Source of the DNA: an uncultured virus (IMG/VR IMGVR_UViG_3300027542_000008)
Taxonomy: Duplodnaviria; Heunggongvirae; Uroviricota; Caudoviricetes
Reading direction: 5' to 3' (one strand)
Length of the DNA: 20,000 nt
IMG/VR virus record: IMGVR_UViG_3300027542_000008
Span: 44,986 to 64,985 of that record
Position 1 is the stretch's first letter; the number at the start of each line of letters is the position of its first letter. This document shows, piece after piece, positions 16,044 through 20,000 of the stretch. A program made the position numbers and the translations under genes. The notes below the pieces were generated by a model. It was given only the letters and a program-made list of their open reading frames with translations, did no database searches and was not told where the DNA came from.

Positions 16044-18655
16044 TAACCCCTCACCATCTTACACTCGGTGAAGAAATTTTCAGGGACATCGATAAAAACG
16101 AATACCTAAATGAAATTTATACAAATTTGCTGCTAAATTATAGTTATAAATTGATGAGCATACAGAGTATAAGCGCTCACCCTATCAATTTGGATGATGC
16201 CCTACGTTTTGCTGATTTACTTTCAAAGTCTGCCGGCTTTGATAACTCGGAAAAACATAGAGCCTGGGCGCAAGAAATTGTTGCTCTTCTTTTTACCCTG
16301 TATCCAAACAATCCTAAAGTTGAATATTACGCAGCTTCAGTTCTCACCACAATCGGGAACTACCGCGGGGTGCAATTAATAAAAACAAATTACACCAGTA
16401 CTTCTTTTCTTGATGCCCTTTACGCAAATTTTGATATGGAGTATCTATCAATTCCGTACCAAGAAAATAAGTATTTTTTCCATTCACAGAAAGCTATTTA
16501 TGATCGGCTTGATGAAACTGCCTTCAGCTATTCTGGTCCCACATCCATGGGAAAATCACTCCTTATGAGAATGTTCATCAAGGATAAAGTAAAAAATGAC
16601 GTTGCCGCTAATTTTGCTATTCTTGTCCCTACCAAGGCACTAATTACTGAAATTACAAGCAACATAATTCAAGACCTTAAATCATTATTGGAAGACAAAA
16701 ACTATACAGTAATTAACTCTGCCGGCGCGTTAATGCTTCAACAGCCGCATAACTTTATATTTGTTTTAACACCGGAACGCTTATTATACTTATTAATAAG
16801 CAATCCTCGCATTAACATAAATTATCTTTTTATAGATGAAGCACATAAAATTTCCTCTGGCGATGGACGCAGTGCTTTTTATTATAAAGTTATAGACATG
16901 CTTGCAGAAAAGGAAATCAAGCCGCATGTTGTTTTTGCTTCGCCTAACATCCCTAATCCTGAAGTGTATCTTAAGCTCGTACCAGACATTGAAGCAACTA
17001 AGCGGGCTGCACTTTCTACAAGCTATTCCCCCGTTAGCCAGCTAAAATATTATATAGATACTTTTTCACAAAAAGTTACCCTATTTAATGAGCATTCAAA
17101 GCAAATGCTTCCGATTACCAGCTTACAACCCGGTGTTAGACCTTTACAACTCGTCAGGGCTATTGCTTCAACTCCAGGCAAACAAAGCATTGTTTATTTT
17201 AATAGCAAAGATAAAGCTATTGAAATGGCAAGAGAATATGCGCAGACTCTTCCTTCAAAGAATGACCCCGTATTAGAATCTATAGCCAAAGAAATAAGAA
17301 ATGAAATTCACGATACATATTATTTGGCAGATATTATTACAAAAGGCGTAGCTTACCACGTTGGATATCTCCCCGCATATATCCGCGCAAATATAGAAAA
17401 ATGTTTCCGTGAACATAGAATAACCATTTTATTCTGCACAAGCACTTTGGTTGAAGGCGTGAATCTGCCAGCCGACAATTTATTTATTATGAGTTACGGC
17501 AACGGACCTCACAATATGACTCCAGTTGACTTCCGTAATTTAATCGGGCGCGTTGGAAGAATCGAATATAACCTTTACGGAAATGTATTCATTATACGTT
17601 CCGAACTCAAACAAAGAGCAGAGAAATATCAAGAACTTATCGAGCAAGATGTCCCCGAACAAAAAATTTCTCTGGTTACAGAATTAACCAAGCCACAAAA
17701 GGCTAAAATTGTGGAATCGCTGCTTGCTGGCACTACTGAGTTCCAGCAATATCCAGGGACACAAACAAAAGAATCATATGCGCTCATGCGTAAATTTGGT
17801 TTAATTTTATTACGCGACATAACTAAAGATAGAAACAGCGTCGTTCGTCGAGCCTTTGACGATTTCCTTAATCCAGAAAATGTTCAAGCAATCAAACAGC
17901 ACTTTCTTGGCTCTCATAAACGCACAAAACCTGACGATGACATAAATATTTCAGTTGACCAAACAGAAAATTTGTACACTGCAATTAGCAACGGAAAAAA
18001 GTATCCCGACCGAAACGCTGATGGCACATTTGACTATGAAACGGTAGTAAAATTCTTAGAAGAACTATACGTAATGTTTAAATGGGATAAATATGAAAGT
18101 AAAACGCTCGGATCCATTTCTGATGATGGATCACATAAAGCATTACGTTATTACGCAGTTATTTTAACTCAATGGATGGAAGGATATGGATTAAAAAGTA
18201 TAATTGATAAGGCTATATTTTACAAGAAAACACACTTTGAATCCACCGTAAATATTAATGGCAGACCAGAATATTATGATGATTCAAGATTACACAAAAA
18301 TGCCGTAACCGCGGAAACACTAACAATCATTGATCATACCATTCTTTTTAGCCTTGCAAATTACTTCTTGCGTTTTTCAACAGAATATAAAAAGCAACAT
18401 CATGTTGAAAACTTTGATAATGATTGGTATGAATTTGTGGAATATGGCTCAACAAATCCTCTCACCATTCTATTACAAAGAAACGGATTCTCGCGCGAAA
18501 CTTCCACTTATATAAAACAAAACCAAAGCAAATATGTAGAAACAACTCTTTCGGGACCGAAACTGAAACTATCTCTTTTGGAATGTCCAAAAGAATCCGT
18601 GCGAAGTGAAGTTCAAGATATTCAATATAACATTCCCGAAATATTTATAAAATAG
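16040..18655 (+). CDS. hamB: Hachiman HamB-like SF2 DEAH (Ski2-like) helicase
   Basis: SGPTSMGKS, LVPTKAL, TPERL, IDEAH, GVAYH, CTSTLVEGVNLP, NLIGRVGR. ATGA overlap with hamA. Confidence 0.88.
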   Translation: MITPHHLTLGEEIFRDIDKNEYLNEIYTNLLLNYSYKLMSIQSISAHPINLDDALRFADLLSKSAGFDNSEKHRAWAQEIVALLFTLYPNNPKVEYYAASVLTTIGNYRGVQLIKTNYTSTSFLDALYANFDMEYLSIPYQENKYFFHSQKAIYDRLDETAFSYSGPTSMGKSLLMRMFIKDKVKNDVAANFAILVPTKALITEITSNIIQDLKSLLEDKNYTVINSAGALMLQQPHNFIFVLTPERLLYLLISNPRININYLFIDEAHKISSGDGRSAFYYKVIDMLAEKEIKPHVVFASPNIPNPEVYLKLVPDIEATKRAALSTSYSPVSQLKYYIDTFSQKVTLFNEHSKQMLPITSLQPGVRPLQLVRAIASTPGKQSIVYFNSKDKAIEMAREYAQTLPSKNDPVLESIAKEIRNEIHDTYYLADIITKGVAYHVGYLPAYIRANIEKCFREHRITILFCTSTLVEGVNLPADNLFIMSYGNGPHNMTPVDFRNLIGRVGRIEYNLYGNVFIIRSELKQRAEKYQELIEQDVPEQKISLVTELTKPQKAKIVESLLAGTTEFQQYPGTQTKESYALMRKFGLILLRDITKDRNSVVRRAFDDFLNPENVQAIKQHFLGSHKRTKPDDDINISVDQTENLYTAISNGKKYPDRNADGTFDYETVVKFLEELYVMFKWDKYESKTLGSISDDGSHKALRYYAVILTQWMEGYGLKSIIDKAIFYKKTHFESTVNINGRPEYYDDSRLHKNAVTAETLTIIDHTILFSLANYFLRFSTEYKKQHHVENFDNDWYEFVEYGSTNPLTILLQRNGFSRETSTYIKQNQSKYVETTLSGPKLKLSLLECPKESVRSEVQDIQYNIPEIFIK

Positions 18656-18690
18656 AAAATGAGAGCTGGCTGTTTCAGCTCTTATTTTTT
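18656..18690 (+). terminator. Intrinsic terminator after hamB
   Basis: AGAGCTG-GCTGTTT-CAGCTCT followed by TATTTTTT. Confidence 0.7.
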
Positions 18691-18763
18691 TACATTATTT
18701 TCTAAAAAAAGACATCTATTCAGGGTAGCATAAAATAGCCCTGAACGAGCCTGGCTTAGTAAA

Positions 18764-19858
18764 TTACCGCAGTTTACGGTCAAGAAAATGCGAAAGAATT
18801 AATTTTGATTTATCGCTCTGCCTGAATATTTCTTCAAATTCATTTTGAAGTTCGATTGGCGGTACTGAAATGGATATTTGCTCTAATCGCGCTTTGGATA
18901 GTTCCTTAAATGTATTACCCGTTCCAAGGTTAATAAAATAATCTTTATTAATACGGAGAGCCGCATATAAATATACCGGATTGAGTTTTTCGCCACAAAT
19001 AAAATTCTTAAATCCCTGGTTGCAATACATTTCACAACCCGCAATTGCGGTCTTCCCGATAGGCGCACGGGTTGAAAATATCACCGTTCCCTTGGGAAAA
19101 GGGCGTAAACCCGCCGATTTTACTCCTTTTTCGGTAATATGCCGAACAGAGTCAAAAATTTCAAAAGTGTCATCTTGAAGTTCCGCGGGTGTAATCCATT
19201 TTACGTTTCCGTCCCAAAATTCAGGCTCTGATGAGCTTGGCGTTGTCCCCAAAACGATTGTCGCAACTTTAGGTAGCGGCTCAAAATCCCATCCTTTATT
19301 ATTTAAAATCGGATTTCCAAACATCTCTATAAATTGAGATTTCACCAGCTCATCGGTCATTTTGAGCAGTTTTTTATATGATTCTATGCTTTTATTCGCT
19401 GCCCAGAGAACTTTTGCCAGCTTTTTTTGATCTTCCAAAGAGGGTAACTCAAATGTGCATTCTCGCAGGTCCTTCCAGTTAACCGTAGGCGAAAGCGATC
19501 CAACCGAAATTCGTATTGCTTCATTAAAAAAGTAATCAGAAGCGATAAATAAAGGAAAGAATTCCTTATCGATAACTTCCTCTTTCGGTTGTAATACCAT
19601 CCCGTGAGCAGAAAAAATCCCATCATGAGGTGCAATGGCTGCCCGGCGCAAATATGCATTCCGTTTACCGAAGAGAACATCTCCCTTCTGCATTATTAGC
19701 TTTTCGCCTTTAATTGGCACCGCGCTTCCCCATCTGTTAACACGCAAACTCCCAGCGTCCAAATGCTCAAGTCCAATATAAAGTTCCTGGTCTCCATCTT
19801 TTGGCATCCTTTTAGCCGTACAGTTTATTGCAATTTCATCAAACCGATAAAGAGCCAT
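18764..19858 (-). CDS. hsdS: Type I restriction-modification specificity subunit (two TRDs)
   Basis: TRD1 (YIGLEHLD, GDVLFGKRNAYLR), LPSLEDQ, central LVKSQFIEMFG, TRD2 (GTTPS, FSTRAPIG, CNQGF), VPPIELQNEF. Start ATG 19858 with GGAGG RBS. Confidence 0.92.
   Translation of the reverse strand: MALYRFDEIAINCTAKRMPKDGDQELYIGLEHLDAGSLRVNRWGSAVPIKGEKLIMQKGDVLFGKRNAYLRRAAIAPHDGIFSAHGMVLQPKEEVIDKEFFPLFIASDYFFNEAIRISVGSLSPTVNWKDLRECTFELPSLEDQKKLAKVLWAANKSIESYKKLLKMTDELVKSQFIEMFGNPILNNKGWDFEPLPKVATIVLGTTPSSSEPEFWDGNVKWITPAELQDDTFEIFDSVRHITEKGVKSAGLRPFPKGTVIFSTRAPIGKTAIAGCEMYCNQGFKNFICGEKLNPVYLYAALRINKDYFINLGTGNTFKELSKARLEQISISVPPIELQNEFEEIFRQSDKSKLILSHFLDRKLR
19327..19354. repeat. 28-bp hsdS direct repeat, copy 1
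   Basis: CTATAAATTGAGATTTCACCAGCTCATC, identical to 19902-19929. Confidence 0.9.
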
Positions 19859-20000
19859 TATGCGCACCTCCTTGCGGAAGCGGCAAAGGGCGAAATTTGC
19901 CCTATAAATTGAGATTTCACCAGCTCATCAGTGCTTTTTATGAGGTTTTGATATGATTTTTTTGTCCTATAGGCAGCCCATAATACTTCTACCAATTCCT
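19858..20000 (-). CDS. hsdS: 3' end of a second HsdS-like subunit (5' part outside window)
   Basis: Manual translation ELVEVLWAAYRTKKSYQNLIKSTDELVKSQFIGQISPFAASARRCA*, homologous to the central coil of the downstream HsdS. TAATG overlap at 19858. Confidence 0.8.
   Translation of the reverse strand, partial: ELVEVLWAAYRTKKSYQNLIKSTDELVKSQFIGQISPFAASARRCA
19902..19929. repeat. 28-bp hsdS direct repeat, copy 2
   Basis: Identical to 19327-19354; encodes DELVKSQFI in both genes. Confidence 0.9.

Overview
A Clostridia-type (Bacillota) prophage or prophage-like integrative element, most similar in gene order to phi-m46.1-like elements. The minus strand carries an early/replication operon: sigma-70 region-4 protein, small ORF, DUF2800 Cas4-like nuclease, DUF2815 SSB, family A DNA polymerase, DUF4406-like protein, P4-type primase-helicase followed by an origin-like inverted repeat, VRR-NUC, SNF2 helicase, small ORF and a RinA/ArpU-like activator. 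The late operon then begins: HNH endonuclease, probable cos region, P27-type small terminase, a short divergent MetK and a ParB-domain DNA methylase cut by the window edge. A 2.2-kb AT-rich insert separates the activator from the late promoter. It holds three small genes with their own promoter and a DUF3800 gene preceded by two promoters and structured, terminated leader RNAs. Where a repressor would be expected, divergent from the sigma-like gene, lies a Hachiman-like hamA-hamB pair. Its HamA has an extra N-terminal domain of about 190 aa and apparently lacks the nuclease D/ExK catalytic residues, while the HamB helicase motifs are intact. The right end has type I R-M hsdS segments sharing a 28-bp repeat (probable specificity shufflon). 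All family calls come from motif recognition by eye, not from database searches.
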